Source: an uncultured Clostridia bacterium (lineage in GTDB: Bacteria > Bacillota > Clostridia > Christensenellales > Aristaeellaceae). From it: DNA of 22,937 bases. How positions within the stretch are numbered: the first letter of the stretch is position 1; each line of letters opens with the position of its first letter. The DNA is taken from contig CALCTW010000011.1 of NCBI GenBank assembly GCA_937907055.1, forward strand, positions 1 through 22,937. The letters are read 5' to 3'. The notes below the pieces were generated by a model. That model had not been told where the DNA came from. It was given only the letters and a program-made list of their open reading frames with translations, and searched no databases. Below, piece after piece: positions 1-7,532 of the stretch. The position numbers were made by a program, and so were the translations under genes.

Positions 1-2
1 AT

Positions 3-980
3 GATGATGTTACTCCTGACAGAATACCGGATTATTCCAGCCGTCTTTCCAGCGGAAATGCGCTTCTTCTGGAGCTAAAGCAGAAAAACGGTTTTCTGGC
101 ATGGTATTCGGGCTGCCAGATGGCTTACAATTACGGGTTGAACATGAACGCCGTGGAATCAACGGACGCTTTGAAATCGATCATCGCTTCCCTCAAGGAA
201 GATGGCATTTATCTGGTTGCCCAGATCAGCTGCTGTATGGATGAACTGCTCGGCGCGCACAGCACAGAGGTCAGCATTTTCAATCAGTATGGCTCTTATT
301 ACTATGATGAAGCCGGTTACTGGCTGGATCCTTACAGCACCATCGTGCGTGATTACGCTGCCCAGCTTGTGCGGGAGCTCTGGGATATGGGGTTTGATGA
401 AGTGGTGCTTTTCGAAGAGGAGAAGCCGGTTTATGAGCGCTATAGCGGGAGCGCGCAGCGTGAACGTGTGGCCGGACAGGCGGCTGCCAAGGGAATCCGG
501 GTGCCGGATGATTTTCTGACAAAGACGATGGCCGCGGCGCGGTATGTGCATGGCGATGCCGGTGAGAGCGGCTTTGATGAGATCGTGATGGACCTGGGCG
601 GCGTGACGGCACGGATCATGAAGGTGCCGGGGCATACGCCCGGAAGCGCGGTGATCCTGGTGCCGGAGCGTGAGCTGCTGCTGACCGCCGACGACTGGAA
701 CCCCTGCACATGGGTGTGGTTCCCTGAAGCCTGCGGGATCAAAGCGTGGCGCGCCAATATGGAGCGTGTTTTTGAGAAAGTAAGCTTTGAGCATGTGCTT
801 TGCTCGCATCAGGCAAGCCTGTATTCTCATGATGATCCGGTGAGATTTGTGCGCTTTATGACGGATGATGTACTGAAGAACGCGCCTTACGCGGAGATGG
901 GCAGCGCGACCGATACACGCCGGGTGATGCCGGATGAGACGACACAGCTGGTATTTGACCGGGCGAAAATGACAGAATAA
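3..980 (+). CDS. 5'-truncated putative glycoside-hydrolase-like protein (GHL/DUF4015-type)
   Basis: Frame 3 is open from the window edge: I read no stop between nt 3 and the first listed ATG at 120, and that ATG has no SD. The gene therefore very likely starts upstream of the window. The translation ...ALLLELKQKNGFLAWYSG...LKSIIASLKEDGIYLVAQISCCMDELL...GYWLDPYSTIVRDYAAQLVRELWDMGFDEVVL matches my memory of the DUF4015 pattern (K..G..Y; GIY.IARI; W.nPY...V.dY...a.e....GFDE). The TAA stop at 978-980 is followed by a strong hairpin. Confidence 0.6.
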   Translation, partial: DDVTPDRIPDYSSRLSSGNALLLELKQKNGFLAWYSGCQMAYNYGLNMNAVESTDALKSIIASLKEDGIYLVAQISCCMDELLGAHSTEVSIFNQYGSYYYDEAGYWLDPYSTIVRDYAAQLVRELWDMGFDEVVLFEEEKPVYERYSGSAQRERVAGQAAAKGIRVPDDFLTKTMAAARYVHGDAGESGFDEIVMDLGGVTARIMKVPGHTPGSAVILVPERELLLTADDWNPCTWVWFPEACGIKAWRANMERVFEKVSFEHVLCSHQASLYSHDDPVRFVRFMTDDVLKNAPYAEMGSATDTRRVMPDETTQLVFDRAKMTE

Positions 981-990
981 AAAACAAAAA

Positions 991-1031
991 CAGCTGACAG
1001 CGCCGAAATGGACTGTCAGCTGTTTGATTTG
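991..1031. terminator. Bidirectional intrinsic terminator between convergent genes
   Basis: Perfect 10-bp stem CAGCTGACAG (991-1000) / CTGTCAGCTG (1013-1022) with a 12-nt loop. It is preceded by AAAAACAAAAA, which reads as a T-run on the minus strand, and followed by TTTGATTTG. Confidence 0.75.
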
Positions 1032-1239
1032 AAGGGTCACGCCTCGGAAGGGGCGGATGAAGGCGTCTTTGGATCATCATCGGGGACGGCTGTGCCGGGG
1101 CCGGTCAGGGGACGGACACGATCCCTGCGGGGAGGACGGGGATCCCGCGCGGCGTGTTTCAAGGGCGTGCTTCCGGGAAGAGATGCTTCTTTTGAGGAAG
1201 AAGACGGATCATATTTACACATGGCGGAGCTCCCTTCTG

Positions 1240-2139
1240 TTAAGCAGGCTGCTGTTTCTTGGGGAAAATGAGATCGGCCTGCGTGAGCAGGACGGCCAGG
1301 AACATGATGGCGCAGCCCGCGTACTCACGGCCGCTCATCACTTCGCCGGAGACCAGCGCGCCGAAAATGACACTGAACACGGATTCCATGGAAAGCAGGA
1401 TGGAAACGGCAGCCGGGTTTGAACCCTTCTGGGCCAGCATCTGCAGTGTGTAACCGATGGCGGAGGACGCGATACCGAGATAGAGGATGGGGAAAAGATT
1501 CTGCGTGACGGCGGCGGGCTCAAAGGTCTCCGTAAGCAGGGCCGGCACAGAGCAGAGTACGAAGGTCGTCAGAAACTGTATGCAGGACAGGCGGACACAA
1601 TTGACCAGCGCTGTATAGTGATCGATGATCAGGATCTGTACGGCGAACATGACCGCGCAGAGGATGACCCAGATATCGCGAAGCTCGATCGTCAGCCCGT
1701 CCCTGACACAGAGAAGGTAAAGCGAGACGACCGCGAGACCGGCGGCGATCCAGACAAACCAGCGTGTCTTTTTGCGAAGGAAGAGGCCGAACAGCGGCAC
1801 CAGCGACATATACAGGGCGGTGATAAATCCGGCTTTCCCGGCCGGGATGCCCTGATCGATGCCGTATTGCTGGAGGAAGGACGCCGCGCTGAGGGCCGCG
1901 CCGCACAGCATGCCGCCGATCCACAGTTTACGGGTGGCGGTTTTGTTTTCCTCCCGCAGCAGCTTGCCTTTGCGGTCGAATAATTTGATGACCGGCAGCA
2001 GAAAGAGGAAGGCGATCCCCGCGCGAAGGGCATTGATCGTCCAGGTACCCATGGTATTCTGTGTCTGGGCGACAAACGCCAGCCCCCAGATCATGGCGGC
2101 GCCCAGTGCCATGAGGGAGGAAAAAAGACTTTTTTTCAT
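1240..2139 (-). CDS. EamA/DMT-family (drug/metabolite) transporter, 299 aa
   Basis: Polytopic membrane protein MKKSLFSSLMALGAAMIWGLAFVAQ... with two EamA-like halves. I moved the start to the internal ATG at 2139 because it has AGGAG 8 nt upstream (minus strand AGGAGCATCAAGCATG). The 79-aa N-terminal extension in the ORF track runs through the promoter region and has junk composition. Confidence 0.85.
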   Translation of the reverse strand: MKKSLFSSLMALGAAMIWGLAFVAQTQNTMGTWTINALRAGIAFLFLLPVIKLFDRKGKLLREENKTATRKLWIGGMLCGAALSAASFLQQYGIDQGIPAGKAGFITALYMSLVPLFGLFLRKKTRWFVWIAAGLAVVSLYLLCVRDGLTIELRDIWVILCAVMFAVQILIIDHYTALVNCVRLSCIQFLTTFVLCSVPALLTETFEPAAVTQNLFPILYLGIASSAIGYTLQMLAQKGSNPAAVSILLSMESVFSVIFGALVSGEVMSGREYAGCAIMFLAVLLTQADLIFPKKQQPA

Positions 2140-2179
2140 GCTTGATGCTCCTGAAAAACATTGATCCGGAGATGAAAGC

Positions 2180-2208
2180 ATTATAGGCAACCGGCCTGTG
2201 AAAATCAA
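2180..2208 (-). promoter_or_regulatory. Putative sigma-A promoter of the EamA gene
   Basis: The minus strand reads TTGATT (2208-2203), a 17-nt spacer, then TATAAT (2185-2180), about 40 nt upstream of the ATG at 2139. Confidence 0.5.
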
Positions 2209-2340
2209 CCACAGTACAAAAGAAAAACGGAGCGAGACTGAAAAACAGAAAGGGAACGGGGAGAAAAAGGCGCGCGCAGACCGTGATACGGGCGAGATTT
2301 TTTCAGTTATGCCTTTCTGTGTACTAACACAGTATTTACC

Positions 2341-2369
2341 TTGAAAGTATCGGAAAAATATGATATCAT
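2341..2369 (+). promoter_or_regulatory. Putative sigma-A promoter of truA
   Basis: TTGAAA (2341-2346), 17-nt spacer, TATCAT (2364-2369). AGGAG at 2391-2395 lies 7 nt before the ATG at 2403. Confidence 0.4.
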
Positions 2370-2402
2370 ACACCAAGATACCAACGGACGAGGAGCGCGG
2401 AG

Positions 2403-3140
2403 ATGCGGAATTTTAAACTGACGCTATGCTATGACGGCACGCGCTACAAAGGATGGCAGAAGCAAGGGAACACGGACAATACCCTGCAGGGAAAGCTGGA
2501 AACACTGCTTACGCGCCTGCTTGAAACGCCGGTCGAGGTGAACGGCTGCGGGCGTACGGACGCGGGTGTGCATGCCAGAATGCAGGTATGCTCCTTTCGG
2601 GCTGAAACGGAAATGAAGACCGAAGAAATGCTTGTGCTGATCCGCCGGTATCTGCCTGCCGATATCGGCGCGATCTCGCTGGAGGAGGCGGACAGCCGTT
2701 TCCACGCGAGGCTCTGCTGCCGGGAGAAGACATATTGCTACCGGCTGTATACCGGAGCGGCACCGGATGTATTTGAACGGGCCTATCGTCTGGCTTTTTC
2801 GGAACCGCTGAACATCGCGGCGATGGAAAAGGCGGCCGGGCTCATGTGCGGCACCTATGATTGCAGCGCTTTCACATCAGATAAGCATATGAAAAAGAGC
2901 AAGGTGCGCACGATCACGGAGATCCGGATCGAACAGAAAGAAGAAGAGACCGATCTGTTCTTTACGGGTAACGGCTTTTTATACAACATGGTGCGGATCA
3001 TGACCGGAACACTGCTGGAGGTGGGGACCGGAAAACGACCGGCGGAGGAGATCCCGGCGGTGATCGCGGGAATGGATCGCCAAAAGGCCGGTTTTACCGC
3101 GCCGCCGCATGGATTGTTCCTTTGGGATATCCGCTACTGA
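2403..3140 (+). CDS. truA: tRNA pseudouridine(38-40) synthase TruA
   Basis: The N-terminus MRNFKLTLCYDGTRYKGWQKQ and the catalytic GRTDAGVHA motif are typical. The length (245 aa) and the C-terminal GFLYNMVRIMTGTL...APPHGLFL block also fit TruA. Confidence 0.93.
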   Translation: MRNFKLTLCYDGTRYKGWQKQGNTDNTLQGKLETLLTRLLETPVEVNGCGRTDAGVHARMQVCSFRAETEMKTEEMLVLIRRYLPADIGAISLEEADSRFHARLCCREKTYCYRLYTGAAPDVFERAYRLAFSEPLNIAAMEKAAGLMCGTYDCSAFTSDKHMKKSKVRTITEIRIEQKEEETDLFFTGNGFLYNMVRIMTGTLLEVGTGKRPAEEIPAVIAGMDRQKAGFTAPPHGLFLWDIRY

Positions 3141-3221
3141 TCTTGTGAACAACGCGCGTAAAGCGTGTTCAGGCATAGGAAATAAACCCCTGTATGAATA
3201 AAAAACGGAGGAAAGAAAGCC

Positions 3222-4607
3222 ATGGAAAAGAATAACGCATGGAAGACCTATGACGCTGCCGAACTGGAAAAACTGGAGAAGGTGAGCGCCAACTACCGCA
3301 AGTATCTGGACAACGGCAAGACCGAGCGCGAATGCGTGACCGAGACCGTGGAAATGGTCAAGGCGCAGGGCTATATCGATCTGGAGGATGCCATCCGCGA
3401 GGGCAAGAAGCTGGTTGCCGGTGATAAGGTGTACAGCAACTGCATGGGCAAGGCCATCATGCTGTTTGTGATGGGTAAGCAGCCCCTCGAAAAGGGTATC
3501 AACATCGTGGGTTCTCACATCGACAGCCCCCGTCTGGATGTGAAGCAGAATCCCTTTTATGAGAACACCGATATCGCTTATGCCGATACGCATTACTACG
3601 GCGGCATCAAGAAGTATCAGTGGGTGGCCCGCGCGCTTTCTCTGCATGGTGTCGTCGCCAAGAAGGACGGAACCATTGTGGAAGTGAAGGTGGGCGATAA
3701 GGACACCGATCCCGTGTTCTGCGTTTCCGACCTGCTGCCGCATCTGGGCGCTGATCAGATGGGCAAGAAGGGCAGCGAAGTGATCACCGGTGAGGATCTG
3801 GACCTGATCATGTGCGGCAAGCCCCTCGAAGGCGCTGAAAAGGATGCTGTGATGGCCGGTCTGCTGAAGATCCTGAAGGAGACCTATGATATCGAAGAAG
3901 CGGATATGCTGTCTGCCGAGATCGAAGTGGTCCCCTCCGAAAAGTGCCGTGAACTGGGCTTTGACCGCAGCATGCTGCTGGGCTACGGCCATGATGACCG
4001 CGTGTGCGCTTATGCTTCTCTGGACGCGCTGCTGTCCATCGATGTGATCCCCGAGTACACCTGCTGCTGCCTGCTGGCTGATAAGGAAGAGATCGGCTCC
4101 GTGGGCGCGACCGGTATGCGCGCGCATTACTTTGAGAATGCCATGGCCGAGCTGGTCAACCTGACCTGCGACAATTACAGCGAGCTGGTGCTGCGCCGCG
4201 CGCTGAAGAACAGCCGCATGCTGTCCTGCGACGTGTCCGCGGGTTATGATCCGCTGTATGCCGGCGCTTTTGAGAAGAAGAACGCCGCGCTGATGGGCTA
4301 CGGCGTGTGCTACAACAAGTTCACCGGCTCCCGCGGCAAGAGCGGCAGCAATGACGCGAATGCTGAATTCATCGGCCGTCTGCGCAAGGTAATGGATGAC
4401 GCTGCTGTGAACTGGCAGACTGCCGAACTGGGCAAGGTGGATGTCGGCGGCGGCGGAACCATTGCCTACATCTGCGCGCTGTACGGCATGGAAGTCATCG
4501 ACAGCGGTGTGCCGGTCCTGAGCATGCACGCGCCGATGGAGATCATCAACAAGGCTGACCTGTACGAAGCTGTGAAGGCTTATAAGGCTTTCATGCTGAA
4601 CGCGTAA
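3222..4607 (+). CDS. apeA: M18-family aminopeptidase (aminopeptidase 1 type)
   Basis: The 461-aa protein starts MEKNNAWKTYDAAELEKLEKVSANYRKYLDNGKTEREC. It contains GSHIDSPRLD, LGYGHDDRVC, LADKEEIGS and SMHAPMEI blocks typical of clostridial M18 aminopeptidase 1. A GGAGGAAAG SD lies upstream. Confidence 0.88.
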   Translation: MEKNNAWKTYDAAELEKLEKVSANYRKYLDNGKTERECVTETVEMVKAQGYIDLEDAIREGKKLVAGDKVYSNCMGKAIMLFVMGKQPLEKGINIVGSHIDSPRLDVKQNPFYENTDIAYADTHYYGGIKKYQWVARALSLHGVVAKKDGTIVEVKVGDKDTDPVFCVSDLLPHLGADQMGKKGSEVITGEDLDLIMCGKPLEGAEKDAVMAGLLKILKETYDIEEADMLSAEIEVVPSEKCRELGFDRSMLLGYGHDDRVCAYASLDALLSIDVIPEYTCCCLLADKEEIGSVGATGMRAHYFENAMAELVNLTCDNYSELVLRRALKNSRMLSCDVSAGYDPLYAGAFEKKNAALMGYGVCYNKFTGSRGKSGSNDANAEFIGRLRKVMDDAAVNWQTAELGKVDVGGGGTIAYICALYGMEVIDSGVPVLSMHAPMEIINKADLYEAVKAYKAFMLNA

Positions 4608-4627
4608 GACAGACGTATAAATGCAAG

Positions 4628-4666
4628 AAGATCTGCTCTCTGTGATGGGGAGCAGATCTTTTTGTT
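4628..4666 (+). terminator. Intrinsic terminator of the aminopeptidase gene
   Basis: 11-bp stem AAGATCTGCTC (4628-4638) / GAGCAGATCTT (4650-4660), followed by TTTTGTTTG. Confidence 0.85.
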
Positions 4667-4705
4667 TGTACTTTTCCTGTTTGAGGGCAGGAAGCGCCAT
4701 CGAAA

Positions 4706-4724
4706 AAGGAGAATCAAAATGTGA
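4706..4724 (+). promoter_or_regulatory. Strong SD followed by an ATG-TGA start-stop mini-ORF in the leader of the ProX-like gene
   Basis: AAGGAG (4706-4711), a 7-nt spacer, ATG (4719-4721), then immediately TGA (4722-4724). It is in frame with the downstream CDS. A second SD, GGAGG (4729-4733), precedes the ATG at 4743. Confidence 0.3.
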
Positions 4725-4742
4725 TCGACGGAGGTGACGGCG

Positions 4743-5276
4743 ATGTGCGTGCTGTATGATGATATCCCCGCGGATGAGCGGGGAATGGATGAGATGGCGG
4801 TCTATCATTTTCTGAAGGATCACGGGATCGGGTATCAGCGGATGGATCATGAGGCCGCGGCCTCGATCGTCGACTGCGTGAAATATGAGGAGATCCTGGG
4901 AACGAAGATCTGCAAAAACCTGTTCCTGTGCAACCGGCAGCGAACTCAGTTCTATCTGCTGATGATGGCCGGGGAAAAGGAGTTTGTGACAAAAAACATC
5001 AGCGCGCAGCTGGGGGTGTCCCGGCTGAGCTTCGCGCCTGCCGAGGATATGATGAAGTATCTGCATATCGCGCCGGGCGCGGTGAGCCTGATGGGATTGA
5101 TCCATGATACCGGGCATGCTGTCCGTCTGCTGATCGACGAAGATATCATAAAGCAGGAGTATCTTGGCTGTCATCCCTGCGTCAATACGGCTTCCCTTCG
5201 CATCCGGTGGGATGAGATTATGACAAAGTTTCTGCCCGCGATCGGAACAGAACCGACCTATGTTGTGATCGAATGA
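4743..5276 (+). CDS. YbaK/ProX-like aminoacyl-tRNA deacylase (prolyl-tRNA synthetase-associated domain protein)
   Basis: ...VYHFLKDHGIGYQRMDHEAAASIVDC...KNLFLCNRQRTQFYLLMMAGEKEFVTKNISAQLGVSRLSFAPAEDMMKYLHIAPGAVSLMGL...LGCHPC is the typical ProX/YbaK-family pattern. The start is uncertain. I favour ATG 4743 (GGAGG 9 nt upstream). GTG 4734 (ORF track) and ATG 4785 (MDEMAVY...) are alternatives. Confidence 0.8.
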   Translation: MCVLYDDIPADERGMDEMAVYHFLKDHGIGYQRMDHEAAASIVDCVKYEEILGTKICKNLFLCNRQRTQFYLLMMAGEKEFVTKNISAQLGVSRLSFAPAEDMMKYLHIAPGAVSLMGLIHDTGHAVRLLIDEDIIKQEYLGCHPCVNTASLRIRWDEIMTKFLPAIGTEPTYVVIE

Positions 5277-5312
5277 ATCATACGCTGCTATAAGTGATCA
5301 ATGCGGATAAAC

Positions 5313-5355
5313 AAAAAGTTTCGGAACGGTTTAGCCGGTTTTCCGAAGCTTTTTT
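5313..5355. terminator. Bidirectional intrinsic terminator between convergent genes
   Basis: Stem TTCGGAA (5320-5326) / TTCCGAA (5341-5347). It extends through a T-G wobble into AAAAAG...CTTTTT, so both strands have a U-run. Confidence 0.75.
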
Positions 5356-5367
5356 GATGGAAAAAAC

Positions 5368-6081
5368 TTATTTTGCTGTGATCTTGTTATACAGGATGCT
5401 GTAGACCGTATCCTTGTTCATACCGCAGCTGACGGAGGGATCATACAGCAGATTCAGCACCTGCCAGTCCAGTTCTGTAGGCTCCTGCGCGGAATTGGCA
5501 TTGCGGTACCAGATGCTGTCGGTGTAGGTATCGATATCGTCCTGGATCCCCAGACCCTGCGTGAATTCTTCCAGAATGATGCTGTTCCGCTGATATTGAT
5601 TAGGCTCGTCGGATGCGATCACGATGTTCATCCTGTACATCTCGTGCCGGCCGTTCCACCAGAAGGTGACGAAGCCCCAGTTGCCGGATACATAATTGCT
5701 GTTGTATTCCTTCATTTTGCTGACCGGCGCGAAGGAGATGACGGTATTGGCATCGGCCTCCGCGGATACATAATAGATGGGCGGAAGCGCGGGCACACGG
5801 AGATTCAGATCACAGAGGAAACGATCCAGTGTCTGCTTATCCTGACGGGTGTAATCGCCCTGCACGTAGACATAAATGGGAGTCTCCCAGCGCACGATGC
5901 AGTTGCTGGGCGTGCCGTCAAAGGTGTATTCCGCGGCGAACGCGCAATCCATCAGGGTGTTCAGCGCTTTTAATTTGCAATCCTGCGCGCCGGTGTAGGT
6001 GAAGGTCTCCGCGCGGGCGGGGAGCATCATCAGCAGGGACAGGCACAGCAGAAGGAAGACTTTGCAGAAACGATTTTTCAT
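5368..6081 (-). CDS. Secreted DUF2927-like protein (zincin-like fold, non-canonical motif), 237 aa
   Basis: I moved the start to ATG 6081 (GGAG 8 nt upstream), which gives a classical signal peptide MKNRFCKVFLLLCLSLLMMLPARA/ETF. The blocks VRWETPIYVYV, ILEEFTQGLGIQDD and LNLLYDPSVSCGM match my recollection of the DUF2927 (PF11150) signature (W..P.r...; EE..Q.LGl.nD; LYdp.l..GM). This needs HMM confirmation. Confidence 0.65.
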   Translation of the reverse strand: MKNRFCKVFLLLCLSLLMMLPARAETFTYTGAQDCKLKALNTLMDCAFAAEYTFDGTPSNCIVRWETPIYVYVQGDYTRQDKQTLDRFLCDLNLRVPALPPIYYVSAEADANTVISFAPVSKMKEYNSNYVSGNWGFVTFWWNGRHEMYRMNIVIASDEPNQYQRNSIILEEFTQGLGIQDDIDTYTDSIWYRNANSAQEPTELDWQVLNLLYDPSVSCGMNKDTVYSILYNKITAK

Positions 6082-6094
6082 GAATGTTTCTCCG

Positions 6095-7471
6095 TTACTC
6101 GATGCCCAGAATGTGACGGGCCACGAAGACACCGCTGGCGCTGGCGTGACTGAGGGAGTGTGTGACGCCGCTGCCGTCGCCGATCACGAACAGACCCTGA
6201 TGACGGGTCTCCAGATCGTTGTTCAGTTCGACCTGCATATTGTAGAATTTGACTTCAACGCCGTAGAGCAGGGTGTCGTCATTGGCAGTGCCGGGAGCGA
6301 TCTTATCCAGCGCGTAGATCATTTCCATGATGGCGTCCAGAATGCGCTTGGGCATTACCAGAGAAAGATCGCCCGGGGTGGCGGTCAGCGTGGGACGGAG
6401 GAAGGAATCCTGGATACGGGAGGGTGTGGAACGGCGGCCGCGGATGAGATCGCCGAAGCGCTGTACGATGACGCCGCCGCCCAGCATGTTGCTGAGGCGC
6501 GCGATACTTTCCGCGTAGGCGTTGCTGTCATTGAAGGGCTCGGTAAAGTGCTTGGCCACCAGCAGGGCGAAATTGGTGTTTTCGGTGTGCATGGCCGGAT
6601 CCTCATAACTGTGGCCGTTTACGGTGATGATGCCGTTGGTATTTTCATTAACGACAGCGCCGTGGGGGTTCATGCAGAAGGTGCGGACCAGATCACCGTA
6701 TTTTTCGGTGCGGTATACGATCTTGCTTTCATAAAGCTTATCGGTCAGATGTTCAAAAATGACGGCAGGGAGTTCAACACGTACGCCGATATCCACGCGG
6801 TTGCTGCGGGTGGGAATGTCCAGATCGTGACAGACGGTCTCCATCCACTTGCTGCCGCTGCGGCCGACAGAGATGACACACTGGTTGCAAAGATAGCTTT
6901 CACCCTTGGCGGTGATCATAAAACCGCCGTCGCTGTTCTTTTCCACCTTTTCTACGGGGGTACGGAAGTAGAAGGTGACGTGATCCTTGAGCTGATCATA
7001 CAGATTGCCCAGCACGACATAGTTTTTATCGGTACCCAGATGGCGTACGGAGGCGTCCAGCAGATGCAGTTTATTCTGCAGACAGAGCTTCTTGATCTCG
7101 CTGTTGGCAGTGGAATAAAGATGGCTGCCGGCACCGCCGTTCGCCATGTTGATCTCATCTACATACTTCATCAGCTCGATGGCCTTGTCATACCCGATGA
7201 ACTCATGCAGGGTGCCGCCGAAGGCGTTGGTGATGTTGTATTTGCCGTCGGAATAGGCACCGGCGCCGCCAAAGCCGTTCATGATCGCGCAGGTTGGGCA
7301 GTGCACACAGGATGTGATCTTTTTGCCGTCGATGGGGCAGGCGCGCTTATCAAGCGGATTGCCGGCCTCGAAGACCGCGATGGAACGGGAAGGGTCGTGC
7401 TTGAGCAGCTCCCACGCCGTGAAGATGCCGCCCGGACCCGCGCCGATGATGATGATGTCATACTTGTTCAT
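6095..7471 (-). CDS. NAD(P)/FAD-dependent oxidoreductase, COG2509-type uncharacterised dehydrogenase
   Basis: Dinucleotide-binding N-terminus MNKYDIIIIGAGPGG, a Cys cluster CPIDGKKITSCVHCPTC, and a C-terminal GLFVIGDGSGVT motif. An AAGAGG SD lies 9 nt upstream. The stop is 13 nt before the next gene's ATG. Confidence 0.85.
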   Translation of the reverse strand: MNKYDIIIIGAGPGGIFTAWELLKHDPSRSIAVFEAGNPLDKRACPIDGKKITSCVHCPTCAIMNGFGGAGAYSDGKYNITNAFGGTLHEFIGYDKAIELMKYVDEINMANGGAGSHLYSTANSEIKKLCLQNKLHLLDASVRHLGTDKNYVVLGNLYDQLKDHVTFYFRTPVEKVEKNSDGGFMITAKGESYLCNQCVISVGRSGSKWMETVCHDLDIPTRSNRVDIGVRVELPAVIFEHLTDKLYESKIVYRTEKYGDLVRTFCMNPHGAVVNENTNGIITVNGHSYEDPAMHTENTNFALLVAKHFTEPFNDSNAYAESIARLSNMLGGGVIVQRFGDLIRGRRSTPSRIQDSFLRPTLTATPGDLSLVMPKRILDAIMEMIYALDKIAPGTANDDTLLYGVEVKFYNMQVELNNDLETRHQGLFVIGDGSGVTHSLSHASASGVFVARHILGIE

Positions 7472-7532
7472 ATCTGTAACCTCTTAATGGAATGATATTT
7501 TATCGTGTAAACAATTGCCGTTGCTGATCGGA

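Noticed and set aside
1-75. Frame-1 mini-ORF ATGATGATG...TAA at the very start of the window.
   Set aside because: It is only 24 codons long. Frame 3 is open across it and continues into a 286-aa-plus ORF with DUF4015-like sequence, so frame 3 is the coding frame.
2217-2275. A ~60-nt purine-rich (A/G) tract between the divergent EamA and truA promoters.
   Set aside because: It has no repeat unit, no pairing partner and no ORF. It is most simply spacer DNA between divergent promoters and is not distinctive enough to call.
2140-2376. N-terminal extension of the EamA ORF. Analogous extensions occur at 6082-6132, 18770-18793 and 21103-21192.
   Set aside because: The extensions lack an SD and run through promoter or upstream-gene sequence. 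Their translations are junk or would bury a signal peptide. Internal ATGs with good SDs give canonical N-termini.
2979-5174. A 731-aa ORF on the minus strand spanning the truA 3' end, the whole aminopeptidase gene, a terminator and part of the ProX-like gene.
   Set aside because: It is a shadow ORF antisense to genes with unmistakable family signatures. The translation is low-information (H/Q/A/L/R-rich) with no recognisable motif and no SD. It also runs straight through an intrinsic terminator and intergenic DNA. Long antisense ORFs are expected in GC-rich coding sequence.
5999-7495. A 498-aa plus-strand ORF antisense to the COG2509 flavoprotein.
   Set aside because: It is a shadow ORF. The opposite strand encodes a protein with a clean GxGxxG FAD-binding N-terminus and a conserved C-terminus. 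This translation is G/A/V/D-rich junk.
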